64,000 nt of DNA. Source: Bacteriovoracaceae bacterium (GTDB lineage Bacteria > Bdellovibrionota > Bacteriovoracia > Bacteriovoracales > Bacteriovoracaceae). Location of the stretch: positions 64,001-128,000 of the forward strand of contig JBLWTJ010000001.1 in assembly GCA_048270185.1 (NCBI GenBank), in the 5' to 3' direction. The notes under the pieces were generated by a model. It had not been told where the DNA came from, did not search any database, and saw only the letters and a list, made by a program, of their open reading frames with translations. Made by a program: the position numbers and the translations under genes. Below, piece by piece: positions 10,568-20,513 of this stretch (within the stretch, counting starts at the first letter, position 1; the number at the start of each line of letters is the position of its first letter).

Positions 10568-11169
10568 TGTGAGTTCCCAAATAAGTAGTTCAAAGAGAGA
10601 GCATAGCTGAAGCTACGTTCTTCAGAGTCTTCAATATTAAATATACTAAACTGTGTGTTAAAGTAGAATTCTTTGTTGATAATATAGTCTCCGCCAATAA
10701 TCACAATATTATTAATGGCCGTCTGAAAATCATCAGGTGTGACAAATTCTTGAGTTGATGTTCCATTTCCCAGTGTTTGAGTTGTGCCATCCATGAGCAG
10801 ATAAGTGAAGAAAAGCCCTAGCCCTGCACTTATTCTGAATTGTTCATTAATAGAGTGTTCAATTAAAGTCTGAATCCATAAATTAGTTTCTGTCACAATT
10901 CCATCTGATGTGGACTTTGGGATTGTGACACTCGCTTCAATATTGATCTTCTTACCCCAGAAAAAATCAGTTCGATAATTCCCTCTAAGGAATGGATTGA
11001 AGGTGGCATAATTTCTTCCACCATCAATATCTGTTTGAATCTTTCCGACATGCTTAGTCAGGTTTCCAAGCCCTAGGGAGTATTCTCCATCGAAGTTAAA
11101 AAATTGAGCGTTTATTGATAATTGGAATATAACAATAATGCACAGGGGAAATAAGCGAGTCATTTTCAT
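10564..11169 (-). CDS. Probable small outer-membrane beta-barrel protein
   Basis: Signal peptide, amphipathic beta pattern, C-terminal YALSLNYLF; 4-nt overlap with the protease gene. Confidence 0.6.
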   Translation of the reverse strand: MKMTRLFPLCIIVIFQLSINAQFFNFDGEYSLGLGNLTKHVGKIQTDIDGGRNYATFNPFLRGNYRTDFFWGKKINIEASVTIPKSTSDGIVTETNLWIQTLIEHSINEQFRISAGLGLFFTYLLMDGTTQTLGNGTSTQEFVTPDDFQTAINNIVIIGGDYIINKEFYFNTQFSIFNIEDSEERSFSYALSLNYLFGNSQ

Positions 11170-11274
11170 GTCATAATTGTTAAGAAGTTTTCAGGCTTTG
11201 ACAACTTCTTATTTCTTTGCAAATTAGCGTGAAAACCTTAAAATAGCTGCATCTAATTAAAAAAGGATTTTAAG

Positions 11275-12390
11275 ATGTTTGAAGATTATAAAGTTGCCCC
11301 AGAGCTAATTCCTAGTGACCCTCGTTTCGGTGTTGGTCCATCTCTCGTTCCTGTTGAATTTGTTGAAAGGCTTGCACAAACAAAGGCCAGTCTACTTGGT
11401 ACATCACATCGAAAGCCAGCAGTGAAGAATCTTGTGAAGGAAGTACAAGAAGGCCTTGCTAAATTTTATAATATTCCAGAAGGGTATGAAGTTGTTCTCG
11501 GAAATGGGGGAGCGACATTCCTATTTGATATGATCGGCCTAGGCCTTGTGAATAAGAAAAGTGTTCACTACACTTGTGGTGAATTTTCGAATAAATGGTT
11601 TAAGTCCCACAATGCAATCCCATGGATTGAAGCTCAAGAGGTTGCAAGTGAGTATGGCCAAGGGTGTGAGCCAAAAGATCACGCTGACGCCGATATGATT
11701 TGTTTCACATTAAATGAAACGTCAACAGGTGTTCAAACTACAACAATCCCTGAAGTTTCTGGTGATACTCTTGTCGCTGTTGATGCTACAAGTGGTGCCG
11801 GACAGATCGAATTAGATCTTTCTAAAGTTGATTGCTATTTCTTTTCACCGCAAAAAGTCTTTGCTTCTGAAGGTGGACTATTTGTTGCCATCATGTCTCC
11901 AAAAGCACTTAAGCGCGCGCAAGAAATTGCAAGTACTGATCGCTATATTCCTGGGATTATGGATTGGAAAGTGGCCATTGATAATTCTCTGAAGAATCAA
12001 ACTTATAATACACCAAGTATCTCAACACTTTTCTACCTTAATGAGCAAGTAAAGCTTATGAACTCACAAGGTGGTCAGAGCTTTGCTGTCGAGCTGGCCA
12101 ATAAGAAGGCCAACCTAATCTATGGTTGGGCCCAAGAAGAAAGCTTTCTTGAAGCCTATGTCGCCGATGAAAAATATCGTTCAACTTCAGTTGCGACAAT
12201 CAATGTTGATGATAAGTATGAAGTCGCTGCACTTATTAAAGTCCTTGAGGCTCAAAAGGTTGCTAATGGAATTGATTCATACAGAAAACTTGGTAAGAAT
12301 CAGTTTAGAATTTCACTCTTTCACAATGTGAAGCTAGAAGATCTAGAGAAGCTAACTAAAATTATATCAAACGCTATTAAGCAAGCTTAG
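11275..12390 (+). CDS. serC: Phosphoserine aminotransferase (actinobacterial-like subtype)
   Basis: PSDPRFGVGPS, GTSHR, NETSTGV, DATS, FSPQK (PLP Lys), NQTYNTP, YRKLGKNQFRI. Confidence 0.88.
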   Translation: MFEDYKVAPELIPSDPRFGVGPSLVPVEFVERLAQTKASLLGTSHRKPAVKNLVKEVQEGLAKFYNIPEGYEVVLGNGGATFLFDMIGLGLVNKKSVHYTCGEFSNKWFKSHNAIPWIEAQEVASEYGQGCEPKDHADADMICFTLNETSTGVQTTTIPEVSGDTLVAVDATSGAGQIELDLSKVDCYFFSPQKVFASEGGLFVAIMSPKALKRAQEIASTDRYIPGIMDWKVAIDNSLKNQTYNTPSISTLFYLNEQVKLMNSQGGQSFAVELANKKANLIYGWAQEESFLEAYVADEKYRSTSVATINVDDKYEVAALIKVLEAQKVANGIDSYRKLGKNQFRISLFHNVKLEDLEKLTKIISNAIKQA

Positions 12391-12396
12391 TATTTT

Positions 12397-12424
12397 AGAG
12401 GAGCACTTTGTGCTCCTTTTTTTT
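12397..12424 (+). terminator. Intrinsic terminator after serC
   Basis: AGGAGCAC-TTT-GTGCTCCT followed by T run. Confidence 0.85.
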
Positions 12425-12707
12425 ATTTGAGTTTAATTTTCTTAGATCAATTGACATGGAAGCATTAGTGTAGAATTCCATGTATTCACTTCCTAGATGA
12501 TCCCAGATTTCTTTCGTTGATAGAGGGTTCTTTCTCTTTTGATCGGCGACATAATGAATAGTCCAATAACTTCCCATACTCGTTTCTAACATAGTTCGGT
12601 TATGGGTTTTATCGATGTGAAATTTTTGTAATAGAGCCTTATTGTTCTTTAGTTAACCTATAGATTTGGTGAAGAAGTGCTAGATATTTTTAAACAATGC
12701 TTTTAAA

Positions 12708-12734
12708 TAATGTTTATTAAGGTGTGTCCGATAA
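12708..12734 (+). promoter_or_regulatory. Sigma-28-like promoter
   Basis: TAAT-N15-TCCGATAA upstream of ORF 12775. Confidence 0.5.
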
Positions 12735-12774
12735 GTATTTGTATTTACAAGCTAGTTAAAGAAATAGAGGGCCA

Positions 12775-13761
12775 ATGAAGGTTAGGGTTATATTAAAGGT
12801 TTTTGTCTTTTCACTCTTTGGGAAATTTACGTACTCTAATTGTGAGTATTCTGCCAAAGGGTTTCATACTATCGCAAATTATCCAAAGGATAATCCACAG
12901 TACTTTGATAAATTAATACAATATTATTCTGGTCACGAAAGTATCTGGTTAAGTCATTTCAGTGGAAAGTACTTAGGGGAGTTAGCCGATAGCAAAAATA
13001 TAAAAGGAGTAAATAATTTAAAAAAAATTAATATTGGTAGGAGTTCCTGCATTATTAATACTAAAGATGGCCTAGTTGAAATAAATCATTTAGCAGGAAA
13101 ACAATATAATATCTTAACATGTGATAGAAGTGACTACTTAAGTAATTCGATTGGCCTCATTGAAAATCAGGCCATTTATTTACCTGTTTCAATAGATGTC
13201 AAAGAAGTAAGTATTCCGTACACTACACAAATTCAAAATAAAATTAAAACCGTTAATAAACTAGTTCTTGGAATGAGTTTTAATTTAACAAATGATTTAA
13301 AATTTTCGAGTAAGAATTTTTCTATAGAAAAAGTAAATATACGTACAATAGGTAGTGATAAGAAATTATACTCTTTCGAGTACTCTCTTCGAATTAAGGG
13401 GAAGTTCATGGATAGTTTTTTTAAAAAGAACTTTTCTCGACAAGATAAGCATCGTTTAGATTCAACGAGAGGCAAAGATTTAATTTACAAGGCAACTTTC
13501 TTAGTAAGTGATAAAAATGATATTTGGCTTATCGGTGATAACTCGCAAGATAGTTGCGAGTTTGGTGTCTTGGCAAGTGCTACAAAAAAAACTGGAAACA
13601 CATATGGTGAATTACCAGCGCTAGAGTTGATTGCTGCATATGATTGGGACTATGACGGAATGCCTGATATTGTTGATTTGAAGGGCGCCGGTTCATCATA
13701 TCGTTACCTTTTGAATTTTAAAAAATATCTAGTTGTTTTAGAGAGGATTGATAATGATTAG
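12775..13761 (+). CDS. Secreted hypothetical protein, AT-rich
   Basis: GAGG RBS, signal-like N-terminus, C-terminal DWDYDGMPD (DxDxDG Ca-binding-like loop). Confidence 0.7.
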   Translation: MKVRVILKVFVFSLFGKFTYSNCEYSAKGFHTIANYPKDNPQYFDKLIQYYSGHESIWLSHFSGKYLGELADSKNIKGVNNLKKINIGRSSCIINTKDGLVEINHLAGKQYNILTCDRSDYLSNSIGLIENQAIYLPVSIDVKEVSIPYTTQIQNKIKTVNKLVLGMSFNLTNDLKFSSKNFSIEKVNIRTIGSDKKLYSFEYSLRIKGKFMDSFFKKNFSRQDKHRLDSTRGKDLIYKATFLVSDKNDIWLIGDNSQDSCEFGVLASATKKTGNTYGELPALELIAAYDWDYDGMPDIVDLKGAGSSYRYLLNFKKYLVVLERIDND

Positions 13762-15676
13762 ATATTATATATTTATTACTTCTGTTTTTTTTATAACTGA
13801 AGTTATAGCAGTATTAAAACTTAATAATGCTAATTTTGATGAATCTCAGTACTCTTGTGTCGACAATAGTAGAGTAGTACTTCCACATAATCTTCCAGTT
13901 TCATATGTTGCTGACCAATGTATAAAGTTATACCAAAAAGATCGTGAAATTTTACTCTCTAATAAAGACGTAAGAGGAAGTGGAATATATTTATATTTAA
14001 ACGAGAAAAAAATTGAAAACTTAAATGCACTTGGAAGTACGTGGAGTAGTCAACGAGGGATGATAAACACTGTTTTTAACAAATCTAACTTTAGCTACTC
14101 TAGGTTTACTAGCAGGATGGAAAAAATCACATTCCATTACTCTGACTTACGATGGAGCTTTTTCAAAAATGATATAAAGAGTATAGATTTTAATCACTCG
14201 GATTTAAGATATTCTTGGCTAACGCAGCCTCGTCATTATTCTAGTTTTAAACCAGTTCTTTCTTTTCTCGGTAGTGACTTACGTTATGCTAAAATTGATA
14301 TTAATATTGACCGTAATTCCAATTTTAGTAAAGGTTGGCTTAATGGTGCAAAAATTAATTCTTATACAAATATAGGTAATTTATCTATCAGTGATATGGT
14401 TAAGTATGGAGCTATTCTTCATGATGTTGAAAATGATTTTGATAAGGATAAGTGCATAAGTTTTGCTAAAAGAAATGGCCCATATGGGAAGAAAGATTGC
14501 TACATCACAAAGAATGAAAAAGATTATGAGTTAAAAAGTGAAACGATTAATACTCCTTTGATAAATCAGAAATTTGACAAGTATACTTATTTAAAAAATA
14601 AAACATTTCATGGTGATATTTCTAATGTCTATTTTTCTTATGCGATTTTAAATAATATCTCATTTATTGATTTAAAAGCATCAGACCTAACTATGCATTG
14701 GACTCTGTTAGATAAAGTGAAGTTTAATAAGGTAAATGTTTTTAAAGGTAGCTTTAAAGGGCAGTTGATAAATAGCTCTGTAACTGATACTGATTTCGAT
14801 AAAACTAGTTTGAGTGGGGTAAGAATAATAAATTCTAAATTTCTTAAAAGTACACTTAATGATGTTGATTTTATAAGTTCTTCTTTTATTAATGTTGTAC
14901 TTGATGAAGTAAGTATTAGTTCTGCGAATTTCGAATATAGTACATTATACAATGTAAAATTTAACAAATGTAAGATAGAGAATGTTTTGTTTAAATTTAA
15001 TGTTGGTAAAGATGTAACTTTCAAAAATTGTAATTTTAAAAATGTCGACTTCAGAGGTGCAAATTTAGAAGCGGTATATTTTGTTAATAGTACATTTGAT
15101 AATGTTCAGTTTGACGATCAAGCTATGAGTCAAAAGCTGGGGGTTCCAAACTCAAATAACACTAAAAGTACTTTGCTCAACAAAGTCGTTCCACTGTGTT
15201 CTGAAACTAATGCTAGTGTTTATGATGCGAAAGAGGGACAAGTAATTTCTCAGGCAATTTCAAAATGTTCAGATTTTCATAAAAAAGGCCCTGGAGCCCA
15301 ATATTTTGATGTGTTAGAACATGTCAATAATTGGCTAAAGGTTCGTGTCACTTCTGTGTTTAATTATGAGGCGAGTAAAAAGAAAAGTGGAAAAATACAT
15401 AGTGTTCCAAGTGATGTAGTGTTTTGGTTAAAAGAGGAGACGATAACAACACCTTATGTCTTAACAGATGGAAAATTTAAAATTTACTTACCTTATAAAT
15501 TTGTAAAATTCATTTCACAAGATAAGGATTCAGTTACTTTTGAATACTCATTTAGTGACTGTTCGCACTCTAAAGATAAAACGACTTTAAAATATCCAGT
15601 AGGCTTTGATTATCGTAGGGGATTTATTCAAAATAACATTCCTTCATACGACAGTGATGATTATTGTGGACATTAA
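13754..15676 (+). CDS. Secreted pentapeptide-repeat protein
   Basis: GAGAGG RBS before ATG 13754; signal peptide; FxxSDLR and F/L-x4 pentapeptide runs (e.g. NVDFRGANLEAVYFVNSTFDNVQF); possible SH3b-like segment near the C-terminus. Confidence 0.8.
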   Translation: MIRYYIFITSVFFITEVIAVLKLNNANFDESQYSCVDNSRVVLPHNLPVSYVADQCIKLYQKDREILLSNKDVRGSGIYLYLNEKKIENLNALGSTWSSQRGMINTVFNKSNFSYSRFTSRMEKITFHYSDLRWSFFKNDIKSIDFNHSDLRYSWLTQPRHYSSFKPVLSFLGSDLRYAKIDINIDRNSNFSKGWLNGAKINSYTNIGNLSISDMVKYGAILHDVENDFDKDKCISFAKRNGPYGKKDCYITKNEKDYELKSETINTPLINQKFDKYTYLKNKTFHGDISNVYFSYAILNNISFIDLKASDLTMHWTLLDKVKFNKVNVFKGSFKGQLINSSVTDTDFDKTSLSGVRIINSKFLKSTLNDVDFISSSFINVVLDEVSISSANFEYSTLYNVKFNKCKIENVLFKFNVGKDVTFKNCNFKNVDFRGANLEAVYFVNSTFDNVQFDDQAMSQKLGVPNSNNTKSTLLNKVVPLCSETNASVYDAKEGQVISQAISKCSDFHKKGPGAQYFDVLEHVNNWLKVRVTSVFNYEASKKKSGKIHSVPSDVVFWLKEETITTPYVLTDGKFKIYLPYKFVKFISQDKDSVTFEYSFSDCSHSKDKTTLKYPVGFDYRRGFIQNNIPSYDSDDYCGH

Positions 15677-15706
15677 AAAAAAAGGAGCTCGAAGAGCTCC
15701 TTTTTT
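15676..15706. terminator. Bidirectional terminator
   Basis: A-run-GGAGCTC-GAA-GAGCTCC-T6. Confidence 0.88.
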
Positions 15707-15717
15707 ATTATTTGAAA

Positions 15718-16863
15718 TTAGTTTTTTGAACCGTCGTCTTTATTATAATTCTTTAAGAAGTCAGTCTTCCACTCTGTGTAGCGGTTATCAAGAATAGCTT
15801 CACGGGCTTCTTCGGCCATATTCTTGTAAAATTCAATATTGTGCATCGTCGCTAGAACTTGTCCGAGGATTTCATTTGAGTCAAAAAGGTGCTTAACATA
15901 AGCACGTGTAAAATTTTGGCAACAATAGCATTTACAATTTGGCTCAATCGGAAAGAAGTCTCGACGGTAATTCTTGTGACGAATTCTAATTTTTCCACGT
16001 TTTGTAAATAGTGTCCCACCACGTGCAAATTTTGTTGGAATGATACAGTCACTCATATCGATTCCATGCTCCCAGATCATGCAAAGATCTTCTGGGTTAC
16101 CAACGCCCATTACGTAGCGAGGCTTATCCTTTGGCATTTTTGGCCCAGTGTACTTCACAATTTTTTCCATTAGCTCAGGCCCTTCACCAACTGATACACC
16201 ACCAATGGCATAACCTGGAAGGTCGCGCTTAACTAGCTCGTCTAAGCACTCATCTCTGTAGTCATCGTAAGTTGAACCTTGGATAATTCCAAAAAGAGCT
16301 TGCTTAGGATTTGTCCAAGCATCGATACAACGATCAAGCCAACGGTGTGTACGATCAATCGATGTCTTGGTATACTCGCGAGTTGCTGGATATGGAATAC
16401 ACTCATCAAAGGCCATCATAATATCGCTTCCAAGCTCTTGCTGGATTTGAATTGATGTCTCTGGTGAGAGCATAATTGATTTACCTTTATGGTCTTTAAA
16501 TTCAGCTCCTTCTTCTTTGATGCTCTTTCTTTGAAGAGAGAAGACTTGGAATCCACCTGAGTCAGTAAGAATTGGACGATCCCAATTCATGAACTTATGT
16601 AGTCCACCAGCTTTCTCAACAAGTTTTGAACCAGGAGATAAATGAAGGTGGTATGTATTTGAAAGAATAATTTTTGTGTCCAGATCTTTTAAGAAGTTTG
16701 GAGGTAGTGCTTTGATGGCACCGTGTGTACCAACTGGCATAAACACTGGTGTTGGAATTTCACCGTGTGGAGTTGTAATAACACCCGCTCTTGCTCCTGA
16801 TTTCTTGTCTTCGTGGACTACTTTGAACTTGAAGTGTTCTTTAACTTGATCTTGAATGCGCAT
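15718..16863 (-). CDS. tgt: Queuine tRNA-ribosyltransferase
   Basis: TPVFMPVGT, NTYHL, TDSGGFQVFSL, CKCYCC zinc site. Confidence 0.96.
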   Translation of the reverse strand: MRIQDQVKEHFKFKVVHEDKKSGARAGVITTPHGEIPTPVFMPVGTHGAIKALPPNFLKDLDTKIILSNTYHLHLSPGSKLVEKAGGLHKFMNWDRPILTDSGGFQVFSLQRKSIKEEGAEFKDHKGKSIMLSPETSIQIQQELGSDIMMAFDECIPYPATREYTKTSIDRTHRWLDRCIDAWTNPKQALFGIIQGSTYDDYRDECLDELVKRDLPGYAIGGVSVGEGPELMEKIVKYTGPKMPKDKPRYVMGVGNPEDLCMIWEHGIDMSDCIIPTKFARGGTLFTKRGKIRIRHKNYRRDFFPIEPNCKCYCCQNFTRAYVKHLFDSNEILGQVLATMHNIEFYKNMAEEAREAILDNRYTEWKTDFLKNYNKDDGSKN

Positions 16864-16913
16864 AAATCGCCCTTCGTCGTAACTCGACTATTGAAGTATC
16901 ATTTCTACTAACT

Positions 16914-18980
16914 TTAATTATTTAAAGTACTTAGAGTTAATATTTCTTTTGCGGCCTGTTGTCCAACAGAATTTCCACTACCTTGTAAAAATTGGGCCAG
17001 ATATTGGGCAAATTGCTTAAAGACTTGGTTATTAGCAGGGTCACCATTTGTCATGAGAATATTATTTACCTCATGTAATTGGCTCATTAAAATAGATTTA
17101 TTTGTTCCCTTATAGGCCTTCTCAACTGAGTCTACATGTTCAATTTTAATCTTTGGTTTGGCCATAAAGCTTAATCCCTCAAGCTCTTTTGCCGTCATAT
17201 TTCCTCCGTCATTGGTAAATTGCATAACAGCATCTTCACCAATATAGAGATAAACTTCTGTATCCTTCGACTTATAGTAAGAAGAGAATTTATTAAGGTT
17301 AATATATTGAGTGTATGGAAGCTTGAAATGATCAAAGACCTTCTTTGACTGAGTAATCGCAAGTAGATCCACATATCTTAAATTCTTCGTATCCTGTCCC
17401 TTAATAATTTCTCCGCCCCAGAGAATCTTTCCAAAATCCTCTCGAACAAGAAATGAACTTTTTTCATCTTTAAAGAAGCTCGCCAGATAAGGGTAGCGGT
17501 ACTTAAAGAATGGAATTGACTCAAAAGTCTTTTGAAATGTCTTAAAGAAATTTGATGTTGTATTACGAAGTAATAAAGTGTGTCCTGATTCTTTATTGAT
17601 AAAGAAATAAACTGGTCGAGTGCTAGGGATTCTAAGAGCAATTGTTTGCTGTGAAAATATCTTAGACATTATCACTTCATTAAATTTAACCGGTCTCTTT
17701 CCTAGCTCTTTAGGAATTTGAATTTGTTTTGGAGGATTCTTGTGAGTAAGGCTTTCTTGGATAATAGGATATCCAATTACTAAAGTAACAAAAATTGAAA
17801 GAGTGAAAATAGGGATAAATCTAAAGGCACGAATTCGATATGAAATGGCACCTCTTGTAATAAGCTCTTTAAGTGATGGTGTATCAAAAATCGTAGGTAT
17901 TTCAAAAAGAGGTATAAAGTGTGCAATGAAATCAAGTGGCGTTCTTAGAACGGCTTTAGCTCTCTTTGATAAGAAAGATCCCTTTGTTGTGGCCCCACAA
18001 ATAAATAATGTCGGAGAAACGCTAAAGAGTAGGTTTGAGATAAATAAGATGCCAAGTAGGATAACAAAGACTTTGGTAAATTCTGGGTTAATCGTAAACT
18101 CAGTATAATTAGCTAACTGCTCATTGATTTTTGAAGCAAGTTTTACACTTAATGATTCGAAGGCCGCAACTTCTACTTGTGCAGACACTAAGATCGTCAC
18201 AAAGAGCAGAGAGATAGCACTTATAAAACGAGTGAATGGGCCAACAAGGTTACTTCCATCTAGTCCTGTTTTCTTCTTCTTTTCTTGTTTCTTTTGGACT
18301 TTCTTCTTGGCATCACGTTTGGCCTTGTTTCCTTGGTAATCACGGGCCGCTCCTAGTTGAAAGTTTGGCTCCTTTTTCTTCTTTTCTGAAGCTTTCTTCT
18401 TAGAAGCCTTTTGGCGAGGTTGTTCAAGTTCTTGACTGACTTGCGCGACATTTAAAACCTGTGTGATGCTCATGCTGTCTTTTGGGTTTTCCTTTTCCTC
18501 TTGCTCTGGTTCATTTGTATCTTCGTTTCTATCATCAGATGCAATCTCAAAAGAAATGTCGTCATCATCTTCAGTTTCCACTTCTTCTACTTCTTTTATT
18601 TCAGGCTTCGCTTCTATTTCAGGCTTTTCTTCCACTTCTAGTATAAGTTCTTCAACTTCTTCAACTTGAACCTCTGGACTTGTTAGATCAATCGATTTCA
18701 ATTCGAAAGTTGTCTCTTGATATGAGAGCTTTTCTCCTACTTCCATGAAGTAAGTAGAACCTTCTTGAACAGGGGAGCCCTGAAGGCTTGCATGAGGAAT
18801 TTTTTGGATGACTTTTAAAACTAGACAATCTTGATCTTCTTCATCGATTTGGGCACGAATACTTCCACCGTTTTCAGAGATGATCAGATTCTTATTTTCT
18901 TCTTTAAAATAAAATTCTTTGCTATTAATATTTAACTCTTCTGTAGAGCCTGCATTGCTTTGGATAAAACCAACCTGCAT
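16914..18980 (-). CDS. Hypothetical membrane protein with acidic and Lys-rich linkers and RDD-like TM region
   Basis: Long ORF; acidic linker, K-rich stretch, VGPFTRFISA followed by TM helices; ATG 18980 has an AAGG RBS. Confidence 0.65.
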   Translation of the reverse strand: MQVGFIQSNAGSTEELNINSKEFYFKEENKNLIISENGGSIRAQIDEEDQDCLVLKVIQKIPHASLQGSPVQEGSTYFMEVGEKLSYQETTFELKSIDLTSPEVQVEEVEELILEVEEKPEIEAKPEIKEVEEVETEDDDDISFEIASDDRNEDTNEPEQEEKENPKDSMSITQVLNVAQVSQELEQPRQKASKKKASEKKKKEPNFQLGAARDYQGNKAKRDAKKKVQKKQEKKKKTGLDGSNLVGPFTRFISAISLLFVTILVSAQVEVAAFESLSVKLASKINEQLANYTEFTINPEFTKVFVILLGILFISNLLFSVSPTLFICGATTKGSFLSKRAKAVLRTPLDFIAHFIPLFEIPTIFDTPSLKELITRGAISYRIRAFRFIPIFTLSIFVTLVIGYPIIQESLTHKNPPKQIQIPKELGKRPVKFNEVIMSKIFSQQTIALRIPSTRPVYFFINKESGHTLLLRNTTSNFFKTFQKTFESIPFFKYRYPYLASFFKDEKSSFLVREDFGKILWGGEIIKGQDTKNLRYVDLLAITQSKKVFDHFKLPYTQYINLNKFSSYYKSKDTEVYLYIGEDAVMQFTNDGGNMTAKELEGLSFMAKPKIKIEHVDSVEKAYKGTNKSILMSQLHEVNNILMTNGDPANNQVFKQFAQYLAQFLQGSGNSVGQQAAKEILTLSTLNN

Positions 18981-19124
18981 AGTCAACCTTTGTTAATTTT
19001 CAATTAAATCTATCTTTATTTTAAGGGGATTATATAAATTTTCCTACTAATTTTTAGAATAGACTTTGTGTTAATATTTATAAAGATAATAAAAGATTTT
19101 TTAACCACGGAAGGGGACATATTG

Positions 19125-20408
19125 ATGAAAAAATCATTTCTAATGAAGACAGCTCTTATGACGCTACTCACGGCGCCATTCGCATTTGGAGCAGATGCTG
19201 ATTACAATGTACAAGATCGTTTCAAACTTATGGAAGATAAGTTTAGAACTCAAGAATTTCTAAGAGAGCCAGGACATGACTTTCTCATTGATCTTTCTGT
19301 CTATGCTAACGCTGATATTATGGAAGTCGTTGGTGATGTATCTGATGCTGAAGATGAGAACGACGCGATTGAAGTTCTTAACGCCTATTCTGATACAGAA
19401 CAAAATATGCGTTTAAATGTTGAAATTGGAGTTCCTCTTCCATCATTTAATGCTTTCAAAGGTAAGATCAGCCCAAGTGTTCGTCTTGGTGTTAATGTTG
19501 GATCTCTTCTTGGTATTGGTGAAGAAGAAGTTTTACTAGAAACTTTCTATGCGGCCGTTCCTGGGGATGCTGAGTTGAAAAGTGTTCTAGAGTCAAAAGT
19601 TGATCAAACAGTATTAAATAATATTTTAGGTGGGACGGTCGGTTATCAAACTGTTACAGATCTTGCAGCAACACTAAGTTTATCGTCCGAAGAAGAAGCA
19701 GCTCTAAGAGATGCTATCGGTGGTGAAAATATTCCATTTGCAGGTTCAGGTAATAGTGCACCAGTCATTGATGCATACGTAAAGGCCGATGTAACTGCAG
19801 GACTTAATTTTGATTACAAGAATGAGAAGTACTTTGGTGGACTTTCTTTATACGGACTATATCGTGCGGATGTAAGACGAGTTCTTGATCAAAAAGTTAT
19901 CTCTGGAGACTCTGAAGTTATCGATAGTGAAAATCTTGATCAAAACCTTACTCTTTATGCAATGGCCGATCTTAACTTTGGCTTCCATTGGCTAAGTGAC
20001 TTTAGAACGTCATTTGCTCTGACTGATATCAAACTAGCAACAGTTGTTGATTCTGATGATGGATCGATTCCATATTATGAGCCAGAAATTGGTTACCGTA
20101 TGCACACAGATTATAGCTTCAATCTATCAAATATGAGACTTCGTCCTTTCGTAGGTTTCCATATGAGAGATGGTTATGACTTTTCTGAAGGTGTCTATGC
20201 CGGAACAGACCTAATGCTTCACGTTTGGAAGGAGAGATTAGCTATTACTCTTAGAGGTATGGTTGATTCAGAACACTTAACTCTAACTCCAAGATTTAGA
20301 TTAGGATTCATGGATTTCATGTATTCACTTAAGCAGCCGATGTCATCTGAGGTCAAAGGCGTGAAAGTTTCAACAATTCACTCTGTAAATTTCAGACTTC
20401 ACTTCTAA
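19125..20408 (+). CDS. Probable outer-membrane beta-barrel protein
   Basis: Signal peptide (MKKSFL...AFGA), beta-strand-rich C-half, terminal VNFRLHF. Confidence 0.7.
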   Translation: MKKSFLMKTALMTLLTAPFAFGADADYNVQDRFKLMEDKFRTQEFLREPGHDFLIDLSVYANADIMEVVGDVSDAEDENDAIEVLNAYSDTEQNMRLNVEIGVPLPSFNAFKGKISPSVRLGVNVGSLLGIGEEEVLLETFYAAVPGDAELKSVLESKVDQTVLNNILGGTVGYQTVTDLAATLSLSSEEEAALRDAIGGENIPFAGSGNSAPVIDAYVKADVTAGLNFDYKNEKYFGGLSLYGLYRADVRRVLDQKVISGDSEVIDSENLDQNLTLYAMADLNFGFHWLSDFRTSFALTDIKLATVVDSDDGSIPYYEPEIGYRMHTDYSFNLSNMRLRPFVGFHMRDGYDFSEGVYAGTDLMLHVWKERLAITLRGMVDSEHLTLTPRFRLGFMDFMYSLKQPMSSEVKGVKVSTIHSVNFRLHF

Positions 20409-20433
20409 TTTAAGAAACATTGTGTTACAAATC

Positions 20434-20463
20434 GGGGGATCTAAAAGATCCCCCATTTTTTTT
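20434..20463 (+). terminator. Intrinsic terminator
   Basis: GGGGGATCT-AAA-AGATCCCCC-A-T run. Confidence 0.88.
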
Positions 20464-20513
20464 CGCGTAGGTACCTATGCCGCGAGCGAAACGCCAGTTA
20501 AGGAGAGTACATA

